A DNA stretch of 64,000 nucleotides from a virus (lineage: Duplodnaviria; Caudoviricetes): the IMG/VR virus record IMGVR_UViG_3300042973_000027, positions 686 to 64,685 of that record, one strand, 5' to 3'. This document shows, piece after piece, positions 17,669 through 28,239 of the stretch (position 1 is the first letter of the stretch; each line of letters starts with the position of its first letter). Both the position numbers and the translations under genes were made by a program. The notes beneath the pieces were generated by a model. That model was not told the origin of the DNA. It saw only the letters and a program-made list of their open reading frames with translations, and did not search any database.

Positions 17669-17695
17669 CGTGTCTATGGGTGTTGGCAGCTGGTC

Positions 17696-19816
17696 CTAGG
17701 CTTCAGCTACAGTCTCGTCATTAGCCTCCTTACGGGTCGTCATACCCTTCCTGCACCTGACGGCAAGGGCCCCGGCTACGCAGGCCGCTGCTGCGGCGGC
17801 GAGGCTGGTGGGTAGGAGGGAGGCGGTATCTCCGGTCTGGGGCAGCTTACCGCCGCCGTGCTCCTCGGAGGGAGGCGTCGCGGGAGGGGTCTCGGGCGGC
17901 ACGAGCTCGACCGTCTGCTCCTCGTCGTCGATGTCGGCGTGGGAGGCGACCTCTTCCCCGTCCTGCTTCAGGCTCTCAAACGCGACGATCGCGTGCCCGC
18001 CAAGGGCGCTGCCGTCGAACTCGAAGGTCACGTCCACCGAGCCACTGGGGGCCTCTGGCGTGAACGCGATCGTGGAGTTCACGTCGCGGCCGTCCGACTG
18101 CACGGGCTGCCCGGTCTCCTTGTCCACGAGCGTGCCGGTGAGCGTGTACTCCTTGCCGGGCGTGAGGCCTGTGTAGGAGACGGTGTCCACGAGGGTCACG
18201 GTGTCGTCTGCCACAGCCTCGTGGTCGCCGTCGTCGGCGTCGGTAGCCTCGGTGCTCACCGCGGGGCCCGCTGGGTCCTCAATGGTGCCCAGGTTGATCT
18301 TCACGGAGTCGCGGTAGACCGTGACGTCGAAGGCGGGGATGAGCGCGCGGCCGGCGTTGGAGTCGCAGCGCTGCTCCTCCACCGTGTAGGTGTCGTAGAG
18401 GAGCGCTCCCTTGGAGTCGTCGGGCTCCGACGTGCCGAACCAGATGCCGGATCCGGACGTGCCGCCGTTGGTGTCCGCCGTGTGGGCGTTCCAGCTCGCC
18501 GCCGTGGAGGCGTAGCCGTTGGTGTCGGTTACGATGACATGGCTCTCGCCGGTGGTCTTGCTGGTGATCTTGAAGGGCACGCTTGCCAGGCGGCTGTAGT
18601 CGCCTTCGCCCACCTTCACGAGCTCCACGTCGCCGCGCTTCACCTGTTCGGTGAACTCTCCGTCGGGCGCGAGCTCGAACACGGCCTCGTGGCCCGCGTC
18701 CTCGGCGGTCACGGTAAGGACGTGCTCCTCCGTGTCGGGCAGGTAGCCCTCGGGCGCCTTGGTCTCGCGTACCGTGACGGTGCCGAGCGGGATGCCCTCG
18801 AAGACGATGCGCGCGCCCTCGGTCGTGCCCCTCACGGTCTTGGTGCCGCTGTCGTAGGCGTAGGTCGCCTCGTACTCCGCCCCGTCGAGCGTGGCCGCGC
18901 CCTGGGGCACCGCCTCGCCGGTCTCCGAGTCCTTCTTCACGAGGACGAGCCTCACGGTGACGGGGGCGTCCTCGGCACCCACGAAGGCATCTGCTCCATC
19001 GATAACGACGGTCTTGGCCTCGTCGGAGAGTGCGTAGCCCGCAGGGGCCTCCATCTCGCGCACGGTGTAGGCGCCGTCGGGAAGGCGCATGTCGGTCGTC
19101 CCGTGACCGTCTGCGTCCGTGGTGATGCGGGCCACGAGCGCCTCTCCCTTATAGACGCCGTAGACGGCTCCTGCGAGCGAGTACTGGGCGTTGCCTGCGG
19201 TCATCTTGGCGTCGGCGGATCCCTTATCGAGCAGGATGTTCCATCCCGGCTTGGCGACAAGCATGGACTGCACGGCGGGCTTCCCCGCCACGAAGCACAC
19301 GGTGCCGCGCCCGTCGATGGCGGCGTCCCCGCCCTGATATGCCTTCGCCTCTCCGGCGAGGCTCTCTGCGGCCGCGACCATGGCGGGGTCGGCGTCCGCG
19401 AAGTCGCCTTCGCTGGCCGTTCCAGAGGCGAGCCACACGGCCATCTGCGTCACGGCCTGGGCCTCGGCGTCGCTCCACTTGGTTCCCCCGATCTCGCTGG
19501 TCATGGGATACCCCTTGGCGAGGAGGTAGTCCTCCTCGTGCGTGGCCTCCCGGATGTCGGTGTAGTCCTGGCCGGCGCGTCCCGGGCCGTGGGCGCCGTG
19601 GTCGTAGCAGTAGGACACCTGCCCGCCCGACGTGCGGTAGCCCACGCCCTCGTTCACGGGCGCGTAGCCGCCCTCTATCTCGTAGCTGCTGATGTGCACG
19701 CCGCCCGTGTCGGTGTAGGCGGTCGCGTGCGGGAGCAGGGGCACCGCCGCGAGCACCGCCGCCACGACGGCGGCGACGATTCGCCTGAGCGCCCTTCTCC
19801 GTCTCGTTCTCTCCAT
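17696..19816 (-). CDS. LPXTG-anchored adhesin (thioester domain, SpaA/CnaB domains, VaFE domain)
   Basis: Signal peptide; YCYDHG + TQMAVW; LAGAVY/ETKAPEGY; DTVSYTGL...VAFESL; LPQTG + TM + basic tail. Confidence 0.87.
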   Translation of the reverse strand: MERTRRRRALRRIVAAVVAAVLAAVPLLPHATAYTDTGGVHISSYEIEGGYAPVNEGVGYRTSGGQVSYCYDHGAHGPGRAGQDYTDIREATHEEDYLLAKGYPMTSEIGGTKWSDAEAQAVTQMAVWLASGTASEGDFADADPAMVAAAESLAGEAKAYQGGDAAIDGRGTVCFVAGKPAVQSMLVAKPGWNILLDKGSADAKMTAGNAQYSLAGAVYGVYKGEALVARITTDADGHGTTDMRLPDGAYTVREMEAPAGYALSDEAKTVVIDGADAFVGAEDAPVTVRLVLVKKDSETGEAVPQGAATLDGAEYEATYAYDSGTKTVRGTTEGARIVFEGIPLGTVTVRETKAPEGYLPDTEEHVLTVTAEDAGHEAVFELAPDGEFTEQVKRGDVELVKVGEGDYSRLASVPFKITSKTTGESHVIVTDTNGYASTAASWNAHTADTNGGTSGSGIWFGTSEPDDSKGALLYDTYTVEEQRCDSNAGRALIPAFDVTVYRDSVKINLGTIEDPAGPAVSTEATDADDGDHEAVADDTVTLVDTVSYTGLTPGKEYTLTGTLVDKETGQPVQSDGRDVNSTIAFTPEAPSGSVDVTFEFDGSALGGHAIVAFESLKQDGEEVASHADIDDEEQTVELVPPETPPATPPSEEHGGGKLPQTGDTASLLPTSLAAAAAACVAGALAVRCRKGMTTRKEANDETVAEA

Positions 19817-19900
19817 CTCTCGTTCCTTCTTGTCGTGGTTGACCCTTATCGCCGACGCTTGTTTCATTTCCTCACGGCCCCATGGCGAAACCTTCCCCCT

Positions 19901-20896
19901 CTAGCCGCCCATGACGTCGCGCGCCCAGGCCCCGCTCTTGACGAGCGAGAGGATGAGCAGGATGCACAGGGCGAGGTACTGCAGGGCGTAGCTGAGCCCG
20001 CCGACGATCGAGTCGACCACGGGCACGCCCGCGCTCGCGGCGTTGAGACCGCCCAGCACGATCGGGAAGCTCACGAGGAGCACGAGGATGATGACGCCGG
20101 CCAGGCACACGGCGGCGAAGTTCTTGAGGTAGCCCACGCCCATCTGCCGCGTCTCTTCGAGCGCCATGAGCGACAGCGGGATCGGGGAGAAAGCGGCGAG
20201 CACGTAGATCTGTATGGCGCGCGCCCAGCTCACCACGAGCGCCACCACGTAGGCGACGATGATCACGACCCAGCTCACGAGCGCCACGACAAGCATGGCG
20301 AGCAGGGCCGCCGCATCGTCGTCGGTGGTCGTGATGGAGACGGTCTGGAGGTCGATGGCCGCGCCCGTGTCGAAGAGGCCCGCCACTCGGTCGATGGCGA
20401 GCTTTGCCACCTCGTAGACCGACTGCATGATGGCGAAGCTGTTCTGCACGAGGAAGAGGAAGACCGCGAAGAAGACCAGCAGGAACACGACCTCGCGCAC
20501 CCCGGGCATGGCGGCGTTTCCGTCCATGCGCTGGCTGATCTTGATGAGCTGCACGGTGAACACGAACGAGAGCACCCCGCAGCCGATGGGAAGGATGGCC
20601 GTCTCCCAGACCCCGTGGGCGATGTCGTACATGGTGACGCTGCCGGAGCTGCCCAGCATCTGCGTGAAGCCGGCGGAGAGCACACCGTCGGTCCCGATGG
20701 ACTTGAGCATCCCCACCTGGCTGTTGAAGATCCAATTGCACGTGTCGCGGAGAAGGCCGCAGAGCCACGCGTTCACGTCGTCGGCGATCGAGGCGAACGC
20801 CGGCTCGGGGAGGAGCAGCGCCGTAAGTGCTGTGAAGGTGGCGGCGAACGCGAGGGCGAACCTGCGGTCGCGCGCTATGGCGAGGGCGCGTCCCAT
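19901..20896 (-). CDS. VirB6/TrbL-like polytopic membrane protein
   Basis: Multiple TM segments; RAIQIYVLAAFSPIPLS; position in T4SS operon. Confidence 0.8.
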   Translation of the reverse strand: MGRALAIARDRRFALAFAATFTALTALLLPEPAFASIADDVNAWLCGLLRDTCNWIFNSQVGMLKSIGTDGVLSAGFTQMLGSSGSVTMYDIAHGVWETAILPIGCGVLSFVFTVQLIKISQRMDGNAAMPGVREVVFLLVFFAVFLFLVQNSFAIMQSVYEVAKLAIDRVAGLFDTGAAIDLQTVSITTTDDDAAALLAMLVVALVSWVVIIVAYVVALVVSWARAIQIYVLAAFSPIPLSLMALEETRQMGVGYLKNFAAVCLAGVIILVLLVSFPIVLGGLNAASAGVPVVDSIVGGLSYALQYLALCILLILSLVKSGAWARDVMGG

Positions 20897-20898
20897 GG

Positions 20899-21615
20899 CT
20901 AGCCCGCCACGGCGAAGGCGCCGTCCGCGTAGGTCACCTGCAGGATGGTCGCCGCCGCGTCGTCGCAGTGGAAGGTTGCCGACACCGTCTTGGCGCTCAC
21001 GTCGAGGAAGACCTCGCCGTCGAAGACGGCCTTCGTCGCCGTGGGCACGTGCGCGCGGCAGTAGGCGGCTATCGCGGAGGCGAGCTCGTCTGTCTTCCCG
21101 TCCACGAGGGTCGTGTAGGGCTCGGTCACGCCCTCCACCGCCACGGGCGCCTTACCGGCGCTTCCCTGCACGTAGGCCTGCGATACCTGGAAGGCGTCGC
21201 AGGAGACGCGGTAGGAGCCCTCGGCACCCGATATGGAGATGGTTGCGGACCGCTCGCCGCCCCCGTCGCTCGTCACCTTCACGTCGAGGGAGTCCTCGGT
21301 CTCGGAGACGACCTCGAAGGCGCTCACGTGGACGCCGCCCCCGTCCGTCTCCACGATGGCGCCGTCGGTGAAGGCCGCGGTCTTTCCCGCGTCCCCCTCG
21401 GCCTGCCAGGCGTGGGAGCGAAGCAGCGCGAGGGTGCCCTGGCCCTCCGGCGCGTCCTGCGGCTCCGCCTCCTGCCCCTGGGCTGCCCGGGCGGCCTCCT
21501 CGGGCGCCTCGTCCCGCTGCGGGCCGGCCAGCGTGCAGCGCACGACCGAGCTCGCCACCAGTATCGCGACCGCGCCCAGCGCGGCCGCGAGCATGACCTT
21601 GCTCTTCCTCTCCAT
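20899..21615 (-). CDS. Membrane-anchored conjugation protein, 238 aa
   Basis: N-terminal TM; tightly packed in operon. Confidence 0.7.
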   Translation of the reverse strand: MERKSKVMLAAALGAVAILVASSVVRCTLAGPQRDEAPEEAARAAQGQEAEPQDAPEGQGTLALLRSHAWQAEGDAGKTAAFTDGAIVETDGGGVHVSAFEVVSETEDSLDVKVTSDGGGERSATISISGAEGSYRVSCDAFQVSQAYVQGSAGKAPVAVEGVTEPYTTLVDGKTDELASAIAAYCRAHVPTATKAVFDGEVFLDVSAKTVSATFHCDDAAATILQVTYADGAFAVAG

Positions 21616-21627
21616 TGCCTCTCCTTC

Positions 21628-23205
21628 CTAGTAGCGGATCGCGCACGTGAAGTACGAGATGCCGCTCGCCTTCCTGCATACGTCGCCCGTGTGCGGCTCG
21701 TGTATGTACTCGTCCCCGCCGACGTAGATGGCCACGTGGCCCGGGCGCCAGAGGACGTCGCCGGGCCTGGCCTCCGAGAGCGGGACCTTGGTGCCGGCGT
21801 TGGCCTGCGCCTCGGAGTTGCGCGGGATGGATATGCCCGCCTGCGTGTAGCAGTACTGGGTGAGTCCCGAGCAGTCGAGCGCCCGCCCCGGCGAGGTGCC
21901 GCCCCAGACGTAGGGCACGCCCAGCTGGCCGTAGGCGGCCTGGACGATGGCGTTGCCGTCGGCGCCCCCGCGCTTCCAGTCCTCCACGGTCATCCCGTCG
22001 AAGCGCCTGAGCCCGTAGGTGGCCATGACCGACTTCAGGCTCTCCACGTAGCTCGACGAGGTGGCGTAGCCCGCGTCCTTGAGGCCCTCGGCCATCTTGT
22101 CCGAGTCGCGCTCCGCGATGGCCTGCTGGATGAGCGGGTTTCCCGCGTAGCGCTGGTTCTGCAGGAGGACGCGCGATCGGAACACGATGCAGTCGCGCAT
22201 GCTCCTGAAGCTCGTGAAGTCGGCCATGACGGTGACGTGCTGCCCGCCGTACTCCTCGCCCGTGGACCAGGACGACTTGCCCGCGACCTCGGGCGCGAGT
22301 GCGAAGCTCGGCGCCCACTTGATGCCGAAGAGGTTGCTGTCGCGAGTGGCGAGGCCGGAGAGGTGGTCCCCGGCGCCGCTCTCCACGATGATCTGCGCGA
22401 GCGTGCAGCCTGCGGGGTGCCCGTACTCCTCCTGGCACTCGAGCGCCGCCTCGACCATCTCGGTCGTGATGTAGGGCGGAAGCCTCTCCACCGCTTGAGC
22501 CTGGGCCTCGTTGTCCCAAAAGCCGAAGAGCGAGCTCACGAGCTGGCCCGCGAGGAGCGCGGCGAGGACGACGCAGAGCGCGGCGGCCAGCACGCCCGCC
22601 ACGGGGGCTGCTGCGGACGACGCTGCGGCGACGATGCCCTTGGAGCCCGCCGCTTCCGACGCCTTCGCGGCTGTCGCCGTCTTGCCGGCGGCGGCCTGCG
22701 CCTCGTGCGCCTTCTCCCAGGTGCGCCTCGACTGCACCTTCCTGCGGGCGCGCTCGGCTCGGCTTCCTCGCTTGCCCCGCTTCCGGGAGAGGTCCTTATC
22801 GCGCGCCTTGAGGCGGTTCCGTACCGCCTCGGCCGAATGGGCGGCTGCCTGAGCCCCGCGCTCCATGCCGGAGACGCCCTCGAGCTCGTCGGAGTCGTCG
22901 GCCTCGTCGACGGCGGCGTCTGCGAGGAGCGCCCTCACGTGAGCGCGCCCCTGTATGGCCGCCTTGGTCCTCTCGGCCTCACCCTCTTCGGGCTTCGCCT
23001 TCGCGGCTGCCCGACGCGGGGGTCGGGAAGGGGCCGCATGCCGTCTCGCGTTCGGGCGCCCTTCCCCGCCGCGCACGATGTCGGCAGAGACCGCGTCGGT
23101 CCTGCCCGCCCGCGCCATGGCGGCCGGGTCCGTCTCCGCGTGCGCGAGGCTCTGCGAGCCCTCCTGCCCGTGCGTCTCCGCCATAGTCTCGGCCGCGTCG
23201 GTCAT
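21628..23205 (-). CDS. Peptidoglycan hydrolase (glucosaminidase + NlpC/P60)
   Basis: LAQIIVESG..NLFGIK..GYATSSSY; PYVWGG..LDCSGL..HVAIY; ATGA overlap with virB4 stop. Confidence 0.9.
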   Translation of the reverse strand: MTDAAETMAETHGQEGSQSLAHAETDPAAMARAGRTDAVSADIVRGGEGRPNARRHAAPSRPPRRAAAKAKPEEGEAERTKAAIQGRAHVRALLADAAVDEADDSDELEGVSGMERGAQAAAHSAEAVRNRLKARDKDLSRKRGKRGSRAERARRKVQSRRTWEKAHEAQAAAGKTATAAKASEAAGSKGIVAAASSAAAPVAGVLAAALCVVLAALLAGQLVSSLFGFWDNEAQAQAVERLPPYITTEMVEAALECQEEYGHPAGCTLAQIIVESGAGDHLSGLATRDSNLFGIKWAPSFALAPEVAGKSSWSTGEEYGGQHVTVMADFTSFRSMRDCIVFRSRVLLQNQRYAGNPLIQQAIAERDSDKMAEGLKDAGYATSSSYVESLKSVMATYGLRRFDGMTVEDWKRGGADGNAIVQAAYGQLGVPYVWGGTSPGRALDCSGLTQYCYTQAGISIPRNSEAQANAGTKVPLSEARPGDVLWRPGHVAIYVGGDEYIHEPHTGDVCRKASGISYFTCAIRY

Positions 23206-25703
23206 CGGGCGCCGGCCTTCCTGGCCCGCGCCCTCGCGGCGAACTCGGAGGCCTTCTTCATGGCGGCTATCTCCTCGGGCTTGGTGTTGAAGAGGTCGTA
23301 GAGCGCGCCCTTCGGGAAGTCGTCCTTGATGGGGATGCGCGCGCCGCCGGCCACGAGCAGGCCCTCGCCGGCCTTGATGGACTCGTCGAGGTAGCCCGCC
23401 TCCTGCGCCGAGAGGTCGAGGAGGTCCGCCCACGCCTTGCGGTCGAGCGGAGACTGCTTGTGGAGCAGGATGAAGTCGGAGTTGAGCACCATGTTGCGCG
23501 CCTCCTCGTGCTCGAGCATGTAGACGCTGTTCTGCGTGATGCCCGTGCAGACGAGGTTGAACTTGCGCCCCTCTGCCCAGAACTTCGAGAAGTACGAGAT
23601 GACCGAAGGGTGGCCGAAGAGGCTCTGCACCTCGTCGATGTAGAGCCAGGTGGTGACGCCGCGCTCGAAGTTGTAGTACATGCGGTTGCGCACGCACTCG
23701 AGCACCGCGACGATGCCGAAGGCGCGCATGTTCTCCGAAAGGTCCTTGAAGTCGATGTTGGTGATGCGACGCTCGAAGGTGACGTTGCTCTCGTGGTTGA
23801 AGAACGATAGCGCACCCTTGACGTAGCGCTCGTAGCGCAGGGCGATCTCTGCCGCCTCGCGCTCGGGCTGGATTAGCAGCTCCTCGTAGAAGTCGCCGAG
23901 CAGCGGCAGCCTTCCCTTGTCGGCGCATCCCTCGTAGGAGAGCTCCACGCAGCGGCTGATGATGGACTTGTCCGCCTCGGGCAGCCCCTGGCTCCCCTCC
24001 GCCATGGTGGCAGACGACAGCGCCAGGAAGGCGTCTATCTTGAACGCCATCTGCGAGGCCGTGGACTGGTGGGCCACGTCGGAGAGGTCGAAGGGGTTCA
24101 GGTGCGTGCCGGCGTCCGGCGCGAAGCGTATGCACTCGCCGCCGTTGCCGGTGACGACGGGACTGTACTCGCCTGCGGGGTCGAGGATGATGATCTCGTC
24201 CTCCGGGTAGGCCAGTATCGTGTTCTCGATCTCGCGCTTCACGGAGAACGACTTGCCCGATCCCGGCTTGCCCGCGACGAAGCCCATGGGGCTCGCGAGG
24301 AGCTTGCGGTTGCAGAGCACGAGGTTGGAGGACTGCTTGTTCTGCCCGTAGTAGCCGCCGCCCTCCTGCGCGAGCTCCTGGGTGGCGAAGGGCATCTGCA
24401 CGGCGACCTGCGCCGTCGTCATCATCCGGGACACCTCCACGTGGTTGTGCCCCAGGGGCAGTATGGAGTTCATGCTCTCGCGCTGGCGGTAGTCGAGCGC
24501 CTCGGCCTCGATGGAGTGCTGGCGCGCAGTGGAGACGATCTGGTCCACCTGGTCGTCGAGCTCATCGCGCGTCGCCGCGTAGGTGTAGACGAGCCCCGTG
24601 TAGACGAAGAGGCGCTGGTTCTTGTTCTGCAGGTGGTCGAGGAGGTCCTCGGCCTCCTCCTTCGAGTACTTGAGCTCGCTGGGCAGGATCTGGAAGTCGT
24701 AGCCCTTCTTCACCGCGCCCATCTGCTCGTCGATGATCTCCTTGTCCATCCACGCCAGGCGGGTCTTCACGAAGGCCACGGCGCGGGCCTTGTCGATGGC
24801 CTGCACGTGGAGCGAGACGGAGAGCGGCATGGGCAGGTCGATGATGTCGGCGAGGCAGCGGTCGGTGAGCTCGCTGCCGAACCGGCGCAGCACGAGGACC
24901 TGGCACCAGGTGCCGTCGCTCGTGAAGCAGCTGCCCGAGCCCTCGGGCTTGAAGTCGAGGGAGGCGGGGCACACGAAGTCCTTGGCCGTGAGGCTGGAGG
25001 CTCCGCCTACGGCGTCCCACGAGAACGAGAAGGGGCGTCCTGGCCTCAGCTGGGAGTTGATAGCGCGCAGGCGCTCCTCGCCGTCGAGGATGCGCGCGTC
25101 GCTCCTGATCTTCGCGAGCGTCTGCATGGCGTCGCCCCTCATGCGCGCGAGCTTGGGGACGGCGGCCTCCACGTTCTCCGCGCCCGTCGAGAAGGTCAGC
25201 AGGCGTTGGCGCGTGAGGTTGGAGACCCCCTCGCGCATCTTGTCGTTGAGTATTCGGTTGTACTCGCGCGCGAGCGGCGCGGTGTCCGGGTCGGCCTCCG
25301 GGAAGAACTCGCGGTTGCCTATCTCGGAGGCGGGGATGGGCGTGTTGGCCACCGTGACCTGCACGCAGCTCTCGGTCCCGAAGTAGTCGAAGAGCTGGCA
25401 CCAGCCGGAGAAGACGGCCTTTTTTCCCTCCTCGCGGGCGCTCTGGTAGCTGATGTCGTCGAAGGCCACGGTCTGGGAGAAGAGGCCCTCCTCGACCTGG
25501 CAGATGCCGTCTCTGTACATGAGGTCGAAGCCCACTGCTCCGTAGACGTCGCGCGCCGCGCGGCGGCGTCGGCGCTGCTCGGCGGTCTGGTCGGTGAGCT
25601 GGCGCTCCTGCTCCCTCATGCGCCGCTCGATGGAGCGGCTGCGCGAGGCACCCTTCCGGCCGCCATCCTCCTTAGTGCCTTTGCGTTTCCAAAGTGGGTT
25701 CAC
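23202..25703 (-). CDS. virB4: VirB4-like conjugative ATPase
   Basis: GKPGSGKS Walker A, ILDPAGEY, LYIDEVQ, ITQN. Confidence 0.93.
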   Translation of the reverse strand: MNPLWKRKGTKEDGGRKGASRSRSIERRMREQERQLTDQTAEQRRRRRAARDVYGAVGFDLMYRDGICQVEEGLFSQTVAFDDISYQSAREEGKKAVFSGWCQLFDYFGTESCVQVTVANTPIPASEIGNREFFPEADPDTAPLAREYNRILNDKMREGVSNLTRQRLLTFSTGAENVEAAVPKLARMRGDAMQTLAKIRSDARILDGEERLRAINSQLRPGRPFSFSWDAVGGASSLTAKDFVCPASLDFKPEGSGSCFTSDGTWCQVLVLRRFGSELTDRCLADIIDLPMPLSVSLHVQAIDKARAVAFVKTRLAWMDKEIIDEQMGAVKKGYDFQILPSELKYSKEEAEDLLDHLQNKNQRLFVYTGLVYTYAATRDELDDQVDQIVSTARQHSIEAEALDYRQRESMNSILPLGHNHVEVSRMMTTAQVAVQMPFATQELAQEGGGYYGQNKQSSNLVLCNRKLLASPMGFVAGKPGSGKSFSVKREIENTILAYPEDEIIILDPAGEYSPVVTGNGGECIRFAPDAGTHLNPFDLSDVAHQSTASQMAFKIDAFLALSSATMAEGSQGLPEADKSIISRCVELSYEGCADKGRLPLLGDFYEELLIQPEREAAEIALRYERYVKGALSFFNHESNVTFERRITNIDFKDLSENMRAFGIVAVLECVRNRMYYNFERGVTTWLYIDEVQSLFGHPSVISYFSKFWAEGRKFNLVCTGITQNSVYMLEHEEARNMVLNSDFILLHKQSPLDRKAWADLLDLSAQEAGYLDESIKAGEGLLVAGGARIPIKDDFPKGALYDLFNTKPEEIAAMKKASEFAARARARKAGAR

Positions 25704-26094
25704 GTCTCTCGGCCCCCTTCCTCCTCGATGCCCTCTTGGCCCTGCGGTCGCACTTGGCGCATGCGATGCCCGGCGCGAGCGCGCCCGTGCGCGCGGCCGT
25801 CGAGTAGCAGACCTTACCGTCGCCCAGGACGTGCGCCAGGTAGAGCGGGATGAACTTCTCGGCCTTCATGCCCTTCGGCCGCCAGAAGCCGGCGAGCCAG
25901 AACGGCATCGAGGCCGCCATGACGGGAAACGTCGCATCGGACACCTCCACGCCCAGCCCGAAGTGGGCGGCGGCCGCGGCCCCGACCGAGGCGGTCAGCC
26001 CGCTGACGACGCACGCGAGCGTGCGCGCGGAGAGCTTGCCGACGACCTTCTCGGTGTACTCGGATATGTCCTTGTGGACGATCACGCTCAGCAT
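25672..26094 (-). CDS. PrgI family (VirB3-like) protein
   Basis: VIVHKDISEYTEKVVGKLSARTL, two TMs, upstream of virB4. Confidence 0.82.
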   Translation of the reverse strand: MLSVIVHKDISEYTEKVVGKLSARTLACVVSGLTASVGAAAAAHFGLGVEVSDATFPVMAASMPFWLAGFWRPKGMKAEKFIPLYLAHVLGDGKVCYSTAARTGALAPGIACAKCDRRAKRASRRKGAERREPTLETQRH

Positions 26095-26103
26095 GGGCGC
26101 GCC

Positions 26104-26319
26104 CTACGCGGGGAGCCACGACGTGTCGAGCATGCCGAAGTAGACCGCCGCGGCGACGATGATGGCGCCGCCTGCGATGGTCGAGATGGCGCTCGCTATC
26201 TGCGAGCCGCCCTGCTGCTCTCTGATGGCGAGTCCCAGCGAGACGGCTCCCCACACGATGAGGAACCCTCCCAGGAAGGTCACGCATCCCGAAACGAGCG
26301 TGATGATCTGCGAAAGCAT
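26104..26319 (-). CDS. Small two-TM pilin-like (VirB2-like) protein
   Basis: Hydrophobic 71 aa between virD4 and prgI. Confidence 0.68.
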   Translation of the reverse strand: MLSQIITLVSGCVTFLGGFLIVWGAVSLGLAIREQQGGSQIASAISTIAGGAIIVAAAVYFGMLDTSWLPA

Positions 26320-26370
26320 GTGCTCCTTCTCCTTGTCTCCCATACGCGGCTCCGTCCGCCGCGCGTTTTG

Positions 26371-28239
26371 CTAGCTCACTTGCCGCGCGGCATCGCGGCG
26401 CGCCTCGAGGTAGGCCTTGAAGTCGAACGGCTCCGCGAACCTCGCGCCGGGATGCCCCGGGTAGGCCTCCGGCCACATGGGGTGGCGCGTGATGTCGTAC
26501 TTTCTGTCCTTGAGCGGCATGGCGCCGGCGATGAGCACGAGGGCGGTGTCGCGTGGCAGGCGCGCCACCTCCGAGCCCTGCACGAGGTCGCGCTCGAGGG
26601 TGTTCCAGTTGCGCGTCGAGCCGGGCGTGGCGCCTCTGCTCTCGTTCCAGGTGAGGGTGTCGACGGTCTCCTTGCCCACGGACTCCGAGATCTCCTTGAC
26701 CGTGTCGGTGGACTTCCCGCCCAAAAAGAGCGTGGTGTCGCAGCAGTCGACGATGGTGGCCGCGTCGTCCTTGTAGCGTGCCTTGAGCTGTGAGACCGAC
26801 TGCAGCACGACGGACATCGAGATGTTGCGGCTGCGGATGACGGCGACCATCTTCTCCACGTCCGGCAGGCGCCCGATGTTCGCGAACTCGTCGAAGACGA
26901 GGTGAACCGGCACAGGGAGGCTCCCGCCGTGGTCGGCGAGCGCCTTCTTGCAGAGGACGTTCATGGTCTGCCACATCATGATGGCGAAGAGGAAGGAGTA
27001 GAGGCTCGAGGTGTCGGACATGACGGCGAACACGGCGCGGCGGCTGCCGTCGCTACCCAGGCGGTCGAGGTGCATCTCGTCATAGGAGACGAGCTCGCGC
27101 ACCTGCGGTATGGCGAAGGGCTCCATGCGCGTGTTGCAGGAGACGAGGATGGACTTCATCGTCTTCCCGGCCGCGTCCTTGAACATCTTGTAGTGCAGCA
27201 GGCAGAAGTCGGAGTCCACGGAGACGGGCTCGCCGGTCCTCACCCACGAGAACTCGGAGGACGCCGCGCGGTACGAGATGCGCGAGCCGGCCTCGAAGGA
27301 GCCCTCGCGTGCGGTGGACGTACGCATGTAGCGCATGCCTGTCTCGACCTCGTGGAAGAGCAGGTCGAGCGGGCTCATGTAGTCCTCGTCCGTCTCCTTG
27401 GCCTTGGCGAGCGAGAGCAGGGTCACGAGCCCCGAGAGCGAGCGGTCCTCGGGCGGACAGTAGCGCACCAGGTAGCCGATGAGCGCCACGTAGAGCAGGC
27501 GCTCGGCGTTCTCCCAGAACGGGTCGCCAGTGTGCTCGCGGTCGCCCGTGGTGTTCTCGATGAGGCAGGTCACGAACTCGAGGATGTCGGCCTCGTCGTT
27601 GACGTAGGCGAGCGGGCTGTAGTGCATGGAGCGCGAGAAGTCCACGGTGTTGAACGAGAGGACCTCGTAGCCGTGGGCCTCGAGCATCCGCCCCATGCGG
27701 GGCAGCGTCTCGCCCTTTGGGTCGGTCACGAGGTAGTCGGAGTTCATCTGCATGATGTTGGGCTCCACGTAGCCGCGGGTCTTGCCCGATCCGGAGCCGC
27801 CCACGACGAGCACGTTGCGGTTGCGCTCGTAGCGCCTGTCGCGGTCCTCGCGCGAGAGCGCCAGCGCGAAGTTCTCGGTGAGGATGATGTTGCGCTCGGG
27901 GTGCTTGGTATCGGCGAAGCGCCTTCCCTCGCGGCGCGTGCCCCAGCGGGCGCTGCCGTGCTCCTCGCCGGCGCGCTCGCCCGGGCGGTGCGTGAGCGAG
28001 TAGGCCCATAAGGCCCAGATGCCGCAGGCGGCGAGCAGCGCCGCAACGAGGGCGGCGGGTTTCGTGGTGAACGGGAGATTGCTCGATGCGAAGTCGGGGA
28101 GGGCCTCGAGGGCCCTCTGGAGGTTTCTGGTGGGCTCGCCGGAAAGCGAAACGAGGCAGCTTGCGTAGGCGTTGGCGAATAGCGCCGCCGCGACGGAGCC
28201 CGCCGCGGTCAGGGCGAGGGGCGCGCCGCGCCGCCTCAC
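26371..28239 (-). CDS. virD4: VirD4/TraG type IV coupling protein
   Basis: HGSARWG, GGSGSGKT, TDPKGE, FWEN, DEFANIG, LQSVSQL; GTGA-coupled start. Confidence 0.93.
   Translation of the reverse strand: MRRRGAPLALTAAGSVAAALFANAYASCLVSLSGEPTRNLQRALEALPDFASSNLPFTTKPAALVAALLAACGIWALWAYSLTHRPGERAGEEHGSARWGTRREGRRFADTKHPERNIILTENFALALSREDRDRRYERNRNVLVVGGSGSGKTRGYVEPNIMQMNSDYLVTDPKGETLPRMGRMLEAHGYEVLSFNTVDFSRSMHYSPLAYVNDEADILEFVTCLIENTTGDREHTGDPFWENAERLLYVALIGYLVRYCPPEDRSLSGLVTLLSLAKAKETDEDYMSPLDLLFHEVETGMRYMRTSTAREGSFEAGSRISYRAASSEFSWVRTGEPVSVDSDFCLLHYKMFKDAAGKTMKSILVSCNTRMEPFAIPQVRELVSYDEMHLDRLGSDGSRRAVFAVMSDTSSLYSFLFAIMMWQTMNVLCKKALADHGGSLPVPVHLVFDEFANIGRLPDVEKMVAVIRSRNISMSVVLQSVSQLKARYKDDAATIVDCCDTTLFLGGKSTDTVKEISESVGKETVDTLTWNESRGATPGSTRNWNTLERDLVQGSEVARLPRDTALVLIAGAMPLKDRKYDITRHPMWPEAYPGHPGARFAEPFDFKAYLEARRDAARQVS

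Noticed and set aside
17858-25853. Long plus-strand ORFs (1014, 777, 594 aa) over the T4SS genes
   Set aside because: Antisense shadows expected from high GC3 codon bias
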